From assembly GCA_964371255.1 (NCBI GenBank), contig CAYJKV010000001.1:99140-163139 (forward strand): a DNA stretch of 64,000 nucleotides. The letters are read 5' to 3'. Every line of letters begins with the position of its first letter. Position 1 is the first letter of the stretch. The DNA is from an uncultured Candidatus Saccharibacteria bacterium (lineage in GTDB: Bacteria; Patescibacteriota; Andersenbacteria; UBA10190). Position numbers and translations under genes: made by a program. Shown here piece after piece: positions 9,732 through 19,702 of this stretch. The notes beneath the pieces are model-generated. The model did not search any database, had not been told where the DNA came from, and worked only from the letters and a program-made list of their open reading frames with translations.

Positions 9732-11465
9732 ATGGTGGATGATAATAATAAAAAGGTATTAAATGCACTAGTCGAGCAGGGAATCATCAAAGACGAGAAG
9801 CAAGTCAGTGATATTGAGCAACAATTAGCAGGGGGCGCTACGCTGGAACAGATCTTAGTAGAAACCGACGTAGTAGAAGCGGAAGCGCTGGCGCAAGTAA
9901 AGGCGCAAATACTAGGATTGCCGTATATCGATTTGAGAGAAAAACAGATTCCGAAGGCGGTTTTAGATATTATCCCCGAATCGACGGCGCGAGGACACAT
10001 GATTATTGCTTACGATCAAACGCCGGAACTGCTGCGGGTGGCGATGGCCGATCCGAGCGATCGCCAAATAGTAGAATTTGTCCGGAAAAAAGTGGACCAA
10101 CCGGTCGAAGTGGCGGTAGCGTCAGCGGGCGCAGTGCGGGACACATTGTCCAATTACCAAGAAAGCTTGGAAGCTGAATTGGATGACGTGGTGAGCAAGG
10201 AGTTGAAGCTGGTCAACGAGATAGCAGATGATTTGGGTAAAGCAGCCGAAGACTTACCAATTGTCCGAATTACCCAGGCCATTTTAAAACATGCCATTAT
10301 GGAAGGCGCTTCTGATATTCACATTGAGCCGACGGAAAAAGACGTGGTCATCCGCTATCGAGTAGATGGTATTTTGCATGATATGTTAGTGTTGCCCAAA
10401 GCTGTCTTGGCAGGTTTGATAGCGCGGATAAAAGTATTGAGCAATTTGAAAATAGACGAACATCGTTTACCACAGGACGGACGTTTTATGATTGAATCTG
10501 ACGAATACAAAGTTGCTTTTCGTGTTTCTACCTTACCCGTGTTTGACGGGGAAAAAGTCGTGATGCGCTTGCTCGACGAATCAGGTAAAAAGTTAGGATT
10601 GGATGACATCGGTATCCGGAAAGAAGCGCTGGAGTTAATGAGGCGGATAATCCAGCGCCCACATGGAATGGTGCTGGTCACTGGCCCGACAGGTTCCGGA
10701 AAAACAACGACGCTATATGCGGCGATGAAAGAAGTGAATACGGCTGATGTTAACATCAGTACGATTGAAGATCCAATCGAATATCGGATGCCCCGAATTA
10801 ACCAAACGCAAGTTAAACCGCAAATCGGTCTGACCTTTGCTAACGGCTTAAGAGCGCTAGTCAGGCAAGATCCTGATGTGATTATGGTGGGAGAAATTCG
10901 CGATGAGGAGACGGCCTCGCTGGCAATCAATGCTGCTTTGACAGGACATTTGGTATTAACGACTTTACACACTAACAGTGCAGCCGGAGCCATACCGCGG
11001 ATGCGAGATATGAAAGTGGAAGCCTTCTTGATTGCCTCTACTGTGAACTTGATTATGGCCCAGCGATTAGTGAGGAGGCTGTGTCCGAAATGCCGGAAAG
11101 AACGTAAGTTAGACACGGCTGTGATTGCTGACATAAAAAAAGAATTCAATTCCGAAGAAATATTTAAGACCTTGGTAAAGGAGAAAGTGGTAAAAGCTGG
11201 AGAAGATTGGAAGGACGTGGTGATTTATGAAGCAGTGGGATGCAAGATGTGTCACGATGGTTACAAAGGCCGGATCGGCATATATGAAACCATGGAGATA
11301 ACACCTGAGCTGCAGAAGATGATAGTGCCGACTGTGACAGCTGAGCAATTGGAACAAGCAGCGAGAGAACAAAATGGGATGGTCAGTATGCTGGAAGACG
11401 GTATTATCAAAACTGTCGAAGGAATGACGACATTGGAAGAGGTATTGAGGGTGGCAAGAGAATAA
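9732..11465 (+). CDS. pilB: type IV pilus assembly ATPase PilB (GspE family)
   Basis: 577 aa. N-terminal GspII_E-like region, Walker A GPTGSGKTTT, Asp/His boxes, and a C-terminal tetracysteine CPKC...CKMC zinc motif. Confidence 0.9.
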   Translation: MVDDNNKKVLNALVEQGIIKDEKQVSDIEQQLAGGATLEQILVETDVVEAEALAQVKAQILGLPYIDLREKQIPKAVLDIIPESTARGHMIIAYDQTPELLRVAMADPSDRQIVEFVRKKVDQPVEVAVASAGAVRDTLSNYQESLEAELDDVVSKELKLVNEIADDLGKAAEDLPIVRITQAILKHAIMEGASDIHIEPTEKDVVIRYRVDGILHDMLVLPKAVLAGLIARIKVLSNLKIDEHRLPQDGRFMIESDEYKVAFRVSTLPVFDGEKVVMRLLDESGKKLGLDDIGIRKEALELMRRIIQRPHGMVLVTGPTGSGKTTTLYAAMKEVNTADVNISTIEDPIEYRMPRINQTQVKPQIGLTFANGLRALVRQDPDVIMVGEIRDEETASLAINAALTGHLVLTTLHTNSAAGAIPRMRDMKVEAFLIASTVNLIMAQRLVRRLCPKCRKERKLDTAVIADIKKEFNSEEIFKTLVKEKVVKAGEDWKDVVIYEAVGCKMCHDGYKGRIGIYETMEITPELQKMIVPTVTAEQLEQAAREQNGMVSMLEDGIIKTVEGMTTLEEVLRVARE

Positions 11466-11601
11466 ATAATCAGGATGTAACGTGGAGTTCAACGGAGGCG
11501 TGTCAGGCAGCAGGCTAATCAAGAATGGTGCATTGTGTTAAGCTGGTGTTGTTGGTCGGCGGCTTTCTGTGTGTTAACTCAGGTTTTTATAAATAGGTTT
11601 T

Positions 11602-12819
11602 ATGCCAATATACTCCTTCGAAGGGCGACGTGAAAAAACTGGCGAGGTAGTGCGAGGATTGCGGGAAGCACAGTCACATGCTTTATTAGGTCAAGATTTG
11701 TTGACGGAAGGAATCTTGCTGACGCGCTACACACAGAAGCTACAAAGATTGCCGGGAGCGACAATATATTCAATGATATTTAATCGGGTGCCGGTGATTG
11801 AGCGAGTTTTGTTTTCGCGTTATTTTTCGCTGATGTTACGGGCGGGGATGGATGTTAAACGATCGCTGCAGGCATTGCAACAACAGACACGTAGTAAACC
11901 CCTGAAGATGGCGCTGGAGAGCGTTTACCATGATATTGAACGAGGTCGGACTTTGGCGGAGAGTATGCAGGCGTTTCCGGCGGCTTTTCCTCCTTTGTTT
12001 ATCAGTTTTATCGAGGTGGGGGAAACAACCGGAAGGCTGCAGGAATCGTTGGAAGTATTAGCGAGTCAATTGCAAAAAGAATATGAGTTGAAGAGGGCGG
12101 TTAAGGGAGGGTTAATGTATCCGGCCGTAATTATTCTGGCTTTGATTGCTGTTGGTATTGCCATGATGTTTTTCGTCGTGCCAAAACTGGTGGAGGTGTT
12201 TGAAGGTTTTAATGTGGAGTTGCCCTTAGCAACGCGGGTGCTGATATGGTTTAGTGACTTTTTTCAAAATTACTGGATCGGGATATTCATTGTCGCTTTT
12301 ATGCTGATGGGATGCGCCTGGGGTTTAATGCGAGTGAAATCAGTCCACGCGGCGGTTAATGAGGGATTATTATATCTGCCCATTTTCGGCGGAATTATTC
12401 AAAAGGTAAATCTGGGAAGATTTTCACGTAACCTTAGTTCTCTTTTACAAAGCGGAGTGTCTTTTATTCGGGCATTGGAGATATTAGGCCAGAATACGCC
12501 TCATCCAAGTTATGCTCATGTTTTTTCCGCGGCACGCGAGCACGTGAGGCAAGGTAAGGAACTGAGTAGTTTTTTAGCTGATTTTCAGCGCCTGTTTCCA
12601 CCGATAGTCATCAATGTGATCAAGGTGGGTGAGGAAACAGGTGCTTTAGACCAGGTGCTGGCGGAGACAGCTTTGTTTTATGAGAGTGAAGTAGACCAAA
12701 CCATGAAGAACTTAACATCTATTATGGAACCAATATTAATGGTGGGTGTGGGGTTAGCGGTCGGTGCTTTGGCAGTATCGGTAATTTCACCTATTTATGA
12801 CCTGGTCAACGTTGTCTGA
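11602..12819 (+). CDS. pilC: type IV pilus inner-membrane platform protein PilC (GspF family)
   Basis: 405 aa. It has two GspF repeats and three TM segments, and sits directly after pilB. Confidence 0.85.
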   Translation: MPIYSFEGRREKTGEVVRGLREAQSHALLGQDLLTEGILLTRYTQKLQRLPGATIYSMIFNRVPVIERVLFSRYFSLMLRAGMDVKRSLQALQQQTRSKPLKMALESVYHDIERGRTLAESMQAFPAAFPPLFISFIEVGETTGRLQESLEVLASQLQKEYELKRAVKGGLMYPAVIILALIAVGIAMMFFVVPKLVEVFEGFNVELPLATRVLIWFSDFFQNYWIGIFIVAFMLMGCAWGLMRVKSVHAAVNEGLLYLPIFGGIIQKVNLGRFSRNLSSLLQSGVSFIRALEILGQNTPHPSYAHVFSAAREHVRQGKELSSFLADFQRLFPPIVINVIKVGEETGALDQVLAETALFYESEVDQTMKNLTSIMEPILMVGVGLAVGALAVSVISPIYDLVNVV

Positions 12820-12922
12820 TAGGTATAAAGATCTAAGAAACTCTCTTAGGGCGACCAGACAACAATTAGTTGTTAACGAAGCAGAGGTTAGTGCCTGGTA
12901 TACAGGAAGGGAGTCAAGAGCG

Positions 12923-14410
12923 TTGGGGTCAGCTGGTTTTACAATAATCGAAGTATTGATTGCTGTTTTTGTAGTAAGTACTGCGATCGTTGGGGTGTTT
13001 GGTTTGTTTGCGTTGGGACTACGCCTGGCAGGGGAAAGCGAGAATAGACTGATGGCGATTGCCCTGGCGAACGAAAAAATGGAATTGATCCGAAACTTGC
13101 CATATGTCGATGTTGGAACGCAGGGCGGGATACCGGACGGTGCGATATTGCAGGAAGAGTCGGTGGTGAGAAATAGCGTCAGTTTTCTGGTAGAAACTGA
13201 TATTAGATACGTGGATGACCCTTATGATGGTTTGGTGGGCGAAGGAGGGGCGGGGGGATGTGTGGCCATTGCCCATCGACCCCCGGGCAATCCGAACAAT
13301 TGCAGTGACATGTGCGTGCCGGCCTCGGCGGTAAACGCGCATTTATTGCATGGGGATGCGATGGGCAACTGCGACGGTACGTATAATGGACCGGATGTAC
13401 TGAATACCGACTATAAGCAAGTCAGAGTTGAGGTCTCCTGGCCAAGCCCCAATGAGCCACGACCGATTCTATTAATTACAAAAGTAGCACCGAGTGGGGT
13501 GGAGGGCGGAGAACTTTTTGGCACGTTGGACTTTCTAGCTTTGGACAGCCAAGGTTTGGCAGTGCCATCGGCTGATGTCACTTTAGTTAACAATGAGGTT
13601 GAGCCGGTCGTGAACTATGCTACCCAGACTAATAACGAGGGACGGGTAGTGGTGCCTGGGCTACCAGAGAGCGCGCAAAATTACCAATTGACGGTTAGTA
13701 AGCCAAATTATACTACTGAGCAGACTTATGATATTGGGCCGGATTTTGTACCGGATACTGATCATACGCATTTATCCATGTTGATTGGCGAGGTGACACA
13801 AAAAGCCTTTGTGATTGATTTAGCCAGCCGGCTGGAGATTACTTTTGAAGAAGGTGGCGATAGTACGGAGAATTACTGTGAAGGCGTGCCGCCGTTGGAG
13901 TTAGGTAATGTTGAGCATATACTGCGAGGAACTAAGACTATTGGCATTGATGAGGCGGGGGACCCGGTTTATGTGTATGACTATGCCGGTGTGTCGGATG
14001 TTAACGGACAAAGCGTGCATGAGAACCTCGTATGGGATTCATACGAGTTTAATTTAGCGTCGGGATCAGCTTGTGATATTAAAGAGACGAGCTTATTGCG
14101 GCCAGTGACCATAAATCCCGGAGAGGACTTAGCCATGACGGTCAAATTGGTAAAACATACGCCTGTTTCTTTACAAGTAACAGTTGTTGGTACGGCCGGA
14201 CTGCCAGTGGATAACGCCACGGTGCATTTATTGGGCGACGGAGTGGACGAAACCTTAGGCACGGGACCATGGGGCCAAGTTTTAATGGCTGATTTGCCGG
14301 CCAATGGCCAGTTTGATTTAACGGTTTCAGCACCCGGTTATGTGGAATGGCAGGATAGTGTCGACGTGGAAGACACCACGATGGTCAGGGTAGTGATGAG
14401 CAGTCCTTAA
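12923..14410 (+). CDS. pilin-like protein with prepilin N-terminus and large C-terminal domain
   Basis: Class III signal ...LGSAG|FTIIEVLIAVFVV, with E at +5. The track ORF begins at 12797, overlapping pilC, with a 42-aa leader. A TTG at 12923 preceded by an AGGAAGGGAG RBS would give a short leader. About 500 aa. Confidence 0.65.
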   Translation: MGSAGFTIIEVLIAVFVVSTAIVGVFGLFALGLRLAGESENRLMAIALANEKMELIRNLPYVDVGTQGGIPDGAILQEESVVRNSVSFLVETDIRYVDDPYDGLVGEGGAGGCVAIAHRPPGNPNNCSDMCVPASAVNAHLLHGDAMGNCDGTYNGPDVLNTDYKQVRVEVSWPSPNEPRPILLITKVAPSGVEGGELFGTLDFLALDSQGLAVPSADVTLVNNEVEPVVNYATQTNNEGRVVVPGLPESAQNYQLTVSKPNYTTEQTYDIGPDFVPDTDHTHLSMLIGEVTQKAFVIDLASRLEITFEEGGDSTENYCEGVPPLELGNVEHILRGTKTIGIDEAGDPVYVYDYAGVSDVNGQSVHENLVWDSYEFNLASGSACDIKETSLLRPVTINPGEDLAMTVKLVKHTPVSLQVTVVGTAGLPVDNATVHLLGDGVDETLGTGPWGQVLMADLPANGQFDLTVSAPGYVEWQDSVDVEDTTMVRVVMSSP

Positions 14411-14437
14411 ATTGCTGCGATAGGGCGATAAATTGCT

Positions 14438-15085
14438 ATGGAACAAACTAGCAGGCAAAAAAAAAGAAACAAGACGTTGGGCATGACGTTGCTGGAAATT
14501 TTAGTGGTAGTGTCGATCAGTGTCATTGTCTTAATGGCATTGCTGCGTTTTTTAGTAGCCGGCTATCCGTTATCAAAAACTACCGTGTTACAGCAGCGTT
14601 CAACGGAAACAGCCCGGATTCACTTAAAAAGACTGGTGAAGAGTTTGCGCGAAGCACGGCATTCTGATACCGGTGCTTATCCACTGGTCGCAACAGAACC
14701 ACAGAAAATTATTTATTATGCCAATGTTGATGCTGACCCAGCGACGGAACGTGTTCGTCTGGAGTTATCCGGCCATGATCTTATCCGAGGCGTGACTAAG
14801 CCAACGGGTACGCCATTGACATATAATCTGGAGAATGAAGTAGCGGTTGTAATTATCGGCACGGTGGTGAATGAAGCGGAGAAAATTTTCAGCTATTACA
14901 CCGGTGATTACCCGGTTAACACTGAAGAACTGACACCGACCGACCTGACCGAAGTCAAGTATATTGCCATTAATTTGTTAATAGATTCTGACCAGGCGAT
15001 TGATCCTCCGCCTATTCGGGTGAGATCACAAGTCCAATTGCGTAACTTGAAGACCAATTTAGGTCAGGTAGTGGAAGTGCCGTAG
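14438..15085 (+). CDS. pseudopilin / minor pilin (prepilin-type N-terminal domain)
   Basis: KTLG|MTLLEILVVVSI cleavage/methylation motif, with E at +5. 215 aa. Confidence 0.7.
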   Translation: MEQTSRQKKRNKTLGMTLLEILVVVSISVIVLMALLRFLVAGYPLSKTTVLQQRSTETARIHLKRLVKSLREARHSDTGAYPLVATEPQKIIYYANVDADPATERVRLELSGHDLIRGVTKPTGTPLTYNLENEVAVVIIGTVVNEAEKIFSYYTGDYPVNTEELTPTDLTEVKYIAINLLIDSDQAIDPPPIRVRSQVQLRNLKTNLGQVVEVP

Positions 15086-15163
15086 TTTTAAATATCAGCT
15101 GGTACGGTTAGTCAGGTGGTCGGATAAGTGTTTTTTATTGTGTGGTAATAATCTACAATAATA

Positions 15164-17491
15164 GTGATGAGGATAAATAACAGACAAGCCGGGCAGTCGC
15201 TAGTCGAGGTGTTGATAGCGGCATTTATTCTAGGGATTCTGGCTATCGCTTTAGCGGGCGTGTCGACCTTGGGAACAAAAACAGCGGTTGTGAGTGAGGA
15301 ACGAACGGTGGCACAAGCCATAGCTAATAAAAGGGAGGAGTTGATTAAACTAACACCTTATGTGGACGTAGGATACACGGGAGGCAGTGTACCGGATGGT
15401 ATATTTCCGGCGAGTGAAGTGATTGATACTAACAACCAGGTGTATGAAATGAGGATGGATATAACACTAGTGGATGATCCAGAGAACGGTTGTGTGGATG
15501 CCGGTGGCACTTGTGACGGCAGCACATTAGATGAGGAGACGGCTGATTATAAGAGAGTGGTGATAAGTGTCGTGTACCCGTCAGCCAACGATGCGGCGGA
15601 GGAGGTTAAAGTTGTGACATACAGTGTGCCAGGCCAAGCGGAAGCGTTGTTGAATATGGTGGAGTGTGATCCAACTGATATTACCGGGTCATGTGGAGCG
15701 GGACAGATATGTTGCAACGAGAGGTGTCTAGCCAGGTGTGATCCGGGATCTTGCCCGGAAGGATATAGCTGTGCCGAGAATGGCTGCGGGTGCGTTGAGG
15801 CTGATTGCCCTTGGTGCGATCTGGCGACTTGTTTTGATGACTTTGAATGTGTCGCATCGAACCAGCAATGCTTGGCAGGTAATTGCGTAGCGGAGTGTGC
15901 CAGCGACGGTGATTGCGGGGGGGCGACGTGTTTATATGGATGGTGTTTGGAGTCATGTATAAATAACAGTGAATGCAACGGTGATCAGATTTGCCAAGAC
16001 GGGTCGTGTCAGATGCCTGGTTGCGTCACTAACTATGACTGTAGAGTTGGTTACAGCTGTACGGATTTTCAGTGTCACCCGACAACTTGCGTGGATGATG
16101 CCTATTGTCCCGCTAATTTTGAGTGTGTAGAGAACACCTGCATGCCCGCTGTTTGTGCGGATGGAACTTGTCCTGGTAGTTGGGAGTGTGTTTACGGCAA
16201 ATGCCAACCACCAAATTGTTCAGCGGTGCAATCTTGTAATAGCCTAAATTGTCTAGGAGGCGAATGCCAACCACCGGTATGTGAAAATCACGGTCAATGC
16301 GGCGGGCTGGCAGTTTGTTTAGGGGGGACTTGTACTAGCCCACCGGCTTGCGGGGCAGGTTGCCCAGCTTCATTATCTTGTGTGGGCGGCCTGTGTTACA
16401 AAGCGAATATGACAGTGGCGCCACTGCTTTTAACGGAAGAATGCCCAGCACCAATGGCTTTCCCGTGCCTACCGGCCATAGGTGAGGTGACGGTCACGTG
16501 GTTGCCTGTCGAAGGTGAAATATATTGTGAACCGTCAGTAACCACTGGTGCCTGCACAACTGATCCGAACCCAACGGTTGAATGGAGTGATACTGACGGG
16601 GATGGCAAAACCAATTGCGGAGCGTCGGGATTGCTGAATGCTTGTGAGCCTATTAATCCCATCGAATGCGGGTCTAGTTGTCCTGGTTGTCCAAGCTGCG
16701 CGATAGACAATTTATGTATTGAAGGTCGTTGCATGCCAAAACAACCTTGCCCGGTTGGATACGCCAATCATCCCACTGTGGCAGGAGCTTGTGCAGAAGA
16801 AGTGTCTGTCTCACCACCCGTGACCTGTCCGCCAGGAATATGCGCTGGTTCATATTGTAGCGCGAGCGGGGAGTGTGTGACGGCTGGCTGCGTGACAGAC
16901 GAACAGTGCGGGGCACATGGCAAGTATTTATGTCGTAATAATATATGTATACCATCACTGGCCAGGGATTGTGAGTATTGTACGCCACCGGAAAGAATCT
17001 CTTATTGCCATACACTAGACTGTCCGACTTGCGGTGGTGGCCCAGGATCGGCTTGCACAGATCCGTTAGGCGCTGCGAGTACTGTAGTGTGGTCACAGGA
17101 CCGAACAACAGGTTGTAGTCATTTGATTTGTGCTTACGCCCCAAGTCTTTGCGGCGACGGAATAACGCAGCCAGGGGAGGAATGTGATGGGGGGGATGAT
17201 GTAAATTGTCCCGGGCTATGCAGCGCTTGCCAGTGTCCGGCAGCGGTGTGCGGTAACGGACAGTTGGAGATAGGTGAGACGTGTGACCCTCCTGAGGGTA
17301 CTTCATGTTCACCGGCGGAATGTGGGACGGGCGGTGCGCCACCGTGCTTATGTCAAACTCAAGCACCGCCGCCGTTATGCGGGAACGGATTAATAGATAC
17401 GCTGTCCGGGGAGGGGTGTGATTGGTCAGTGTCGCCAGACTCATGTGTGGGAGGATATTGCAGCGATGTTTGTGTATGTGAGTACCCGTGA
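15164..17491 (+). CDS. giant pilin-like protein with cysteine-rich tandem repeats
   Basis: Prepilin motif NRQAG|QSLVEVLIAAF. The remaining ~700 aa carry more than 100 Cys in tandem ~20-aa units with C-x5-C-x4-C-x4-C spacing. Three C-terminal CG(D/N)G..E.CD units resemble the myxobacterial cysteine-rich repeat. Confidence 0.7.
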   Translation: MMRINNRQAGQSLVEVLIAAFILGILAIALAGVSTLGTKTAVVSEERTVAQAIANKREELIKLTPYVDVGYTGGSVPDGIFPASEVIDTNNQVYEMRMDITLVDDPENGCVDAGGTCDGSTLDEETADYKRVVISVVYPSANDAAEEVKVVTYSVPGQAEALLNMVECDPTDITGSCGAGQICCNERCLARCDPGSCPEGYSCAENGCGCVEADCPWCDLATCFDDFECVASNQQCLAGNCVAECASDGDCGGATCLYGWCLESCINNSECNGDQICQDGSCQMPGCVTNYDCRVGYSCTDFQCHPTTCVDDAYCPANFECVENTCMPAVCADGTCPGSWECVYGKCQPPNCSAVQSCNSLNCLGGECQPPVCENHGQCGGLAVCLGGTCTSPPACGAGCPASLSCVGGLCYKANMTVAPLLLTEECPAPMAFPCLPAIGEVTVTWLPVEGEIYCEPSVTTGACTTDPNPTVEWSDTDGDGKTNCGASGLLNACEPINPIECGSSCPGCPSCAIDNLCIEGRCMPKQPCPVGYANHPTVAGACAEEVSVSPPVTCPPGICAGSYCSASGECVTAGCVTDEQCGAHGKYLCRNNICIPSLARDCEYCTPPERISYCHTLDCPTCGGGPGSACTDPLGAASTVVWSQDRTTGCSHLICAYAPSLCGDGITQPGEECDGGDDVNCPGLCSACQCPAAVCGNGQLEIGETCDPPEGTSCSPAECGTGGAPPCLCQTQAPPPLCGNGLIDTLSGEGCDWSVSPDSCVGGYCSDVCVCEYP

Positions 17492-17512
17492 ATAACGTTT
17501 AGAAAAAAAGAA

Positions 17513-17971
17513 ATGAATGATATTGGATATAATCAGGTGGGCGGTGTGATGCTATTAGTTTTAATGTTAATGATAGTTTTTATTGTGATCGCGAGCGCTA
17601 CTTTGCGTTACGTTATTCGACAATCGCACGAGACTATTGATCAAGAGCAGGAAGAGCAAGCATTTAACGCGGCGGATAGCGGTGTGGCTTACGTTTATTG
17701 GTTGTTAGATCCGGCTGGAGGGCAAAAAGTTCCGGCCGATATCGCAGAAACGACCCGGGCTGTATATGACGACTCGGATGCAGAAATTGGTACTTTTACA
17801 ATTAATGACATAATCACTAACACTGACGAAATCGAGTTTACTTCTACCGGGCGAGACACAGAACTGACCGAGCGCTGCCAAGTAATAAAGGTACGTCTAC
17901 GCCAACCGGTAGATAATGAGAGGTATATCTTAACAGATTGGGATCATTTAGTGGGTTACCCTTGTTCATAA
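17513..17971 (+). CDS. PilX-like minor pilin / pilus assembly protein
   Basis: N-terminal hydrophobic helix QVGGVMLLVLMLMIVF without the conserved E+5, followed by an AADSGVAY segment as in PilX-type proteins. 152 aa. Confidence 0.45.
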   Translation: MNDIGYNQVGGVMLLVLMLMIVFIVIASATLRYVIRQSHETIDQEQEEQAFNAADSGVAYVYWLLDPAGGQKVPADIAETTRAVYDDSDAEIGTFTINDIITNTDEIEFTSTGRDTELTERCQVIKVRLRQPVDNERYILTDWDHLVGYPCS

Positions 17972-17996
17972 TTAAGTTGATCGACTGATTGAGGTT

Positions 17997-19640
17997 ATGA
18001 GAAAAATGAACGGATGGAAAGTCTGGCAGGTATTAAAGTGGCGAGCGCAAGGCCGGGAAGAAGGGTTATCATTAGTGGAGTTATTAGTATTTATTGGCGT
18101 AGGATCTGTCCTGATAGTAACGCTAGGGTTAATCGTGTCGGGAACTTCACGCATCTCACGTCAGCAGATAGAGCAAGGCGCGATTACGGAAAAGGCTAGG
18201 GTGCAATTGGAAAGGATGAGTGATGAAATCCGGAATGCCCAGTATATAGACTGCAACTTGGACGCAGACACGGCGGACGCGGATGAACATTGGCTGTATG
18301 GCGCTAATGATTTTGAAATTATTGTCTTAAGCAATGTGGATGATGATGTGGAAGCCGAACGGGTGAGATATTTTGTACAAGTCGGCACAACAGGTGAGAC
18401 CAAGAAGTTAAAGCGCGGGGTGACGCAGCCCGGTGCATCATTGTGTGATTTTTCAACCAATCCAGAAAACGTTACTACGGTACTGACTGGTTTGGAAAAT
18501 GCGACACCTGATCCGGCAGTCCCTGTTTTCCAGTATTTTACCAGTGGTAATGAGGCGGCGCGTTTGACCACGCCGGTGATTCGTTTGTCTAGTGTGTTGC
18601 GGGTGAGACTGGAGCTGAAGATTGATGAGGACATTAACATTGAGCCGACGATAGTTGATATCGTGACTGATGTGGTACCCCGCGGAGTGGAGGATCCAGG
18701 AATATGTGTAGCGGCGGGGCTGAATTTGCAGCGCTATTCTGATGGGGATCCTTTCGCAGACCAGGCGTATAATTCGTGTCAATCATATTGTTTGGGCAGC
18801 GCCAGTTTGCCGGCCGGGCAATGTTGTCCTTGGTCAGTAGCGTTTTATTGGGATTCGAGCAGCCATATGGTCTGGTCAACATGTGAATGCGCGGATACGT
18901 ATTTGCCTCCGGATATGATTCCTGACAGTGTTAGTCCCGGCAGTTACACTAATTTTGTGCGCTCGTGTTTAAACGGAACGCAGTGCGCAGGACAGAGAGG
19001 TGAAGCCGTATGCGAGCCGAATTGTTTAGACGCGCCTGGACAGTGTGTATGTGTTTGTCCGGGTGGTTTGCCGTCTACGACAGCATGTGATGATGGGGTG
19101 GATAATGATGGTGATGGGACGGCGGACTGTGCGACGTGTGATGGGGTGCTAGGACTGTTTTATGATCCGGGTTGTTCTGGCAGCGCCGACAGTTCAGAGT
19201 GGGGCACGGCTGAGTGCGATGATGGCCAAGCAAATGATTGTGACGGACTCCAAGACTATAGGGTAAATGGAACAGGGGATCCGGACTGTACTGGTCCCAC
19301 AGATAATGATGAAGGTGATTGCTTGGGATGTACCCCGGCACAAGTAATAGGAGTATCACAGTGCAGTGATAGTATAGACAATGATTGTGCGGGAGATGGG
19401 GTGGGTTACGCAGTTATTCCGTCTGATCCACAGTGTCAAAATGCGGCAGATAATAACGAATGGTCGGTGTTAAAACAATGCCACGACGGCTTTGATAACG
19501 ATGGGGATGGAGGCATTGACAGTAATGGTTTCCCGCCGGATTCGGACTGTCCTGGTCCCAGCGAGGATAACGAATGGGGAGAGCCAAGTATTGCCCCAAC
19601 GCCGACGGCAGTAATTACAGAATCACCACCCGTCTTCTAG
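17997..19640 (+). CDS. pilin-like protein with C-terminal Cys/Asp-rich Ca-binding-type repeats
   Basis: Prepilin motif GREEG|LSLVELLVFIGV. The C-terminal 200 aa contain four or more CxDGxDNDxDG...D(P/S)DC units, reminiscent of thrombospondin type-3 / DxDxDG Ca-binding repeats. Confidence 0.65.
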   Translation: MRKMNGWKVWQVLKWRAQGREEGLSLVELLVFIGVGSVLIVTLGLIVSGTSRISRQQIEQGAITEKARVQLERMSDEIRNAQYIDCNLDADTADADEHWLYGANDFEIIVLSNVDDDVEAERVRYFVQVGTTGETKKLKRGVTQPGASLCDFSTNPENVTTVLTGLENATPDPAVPVFQYFTSGNEAARLTTPVIRLSSVLRVRLELKIDEDINIEPTIVDIVTDVVPRGVEDPGICVAAGLNLQRYSDGDPFADQAYNSCQSYCLGSASLPAGQCCPWSVAFYWDSSSHMVWSTCECADTYLPPDMIPDSVSPGSYTNFVRSCLNGTQCAGQRGEAVCEPNCLDAPGQCVCVCPGGLPSTTACDDGVDNDGDGTADCATCDGVLGLFYDPGCSGSADSSEWGTAECDDGQANDCDGLQDYRVNGTGDPDCTGPTDNDEGDCLGCTPAQVIGVSQCSDSIDNDCAGDGVGYAVIPSDPQCQNAADNNEWSVLKQCHDGFDNDGDGGIDSNGFPPDSDCPGPSEDNEWGEPSIAPTPTAVITESPPVF

Positions 19641-19702
19641 CAAGGGATCAGATGGGCTTGAAAGTATTTGCCCAAAGCAAATAAAAAAGCTAAACAATAG
19701 GA

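Noticed and set aside
10355-11149. 264-aa minus-strand ORF inside pilB
   Set aside because: It is entirely antisense to a well-supported PilB coding region. It has no motifs and is a typical shadow ORF.
16674-17444. 256-aa minus-strand ORF inside the Cys-rich pilin gene
   Set aside because: Antisense to the repeat-rich CDS. Cys codons read as Ala, Thr or His on the opposite strand. A shadow ORF.
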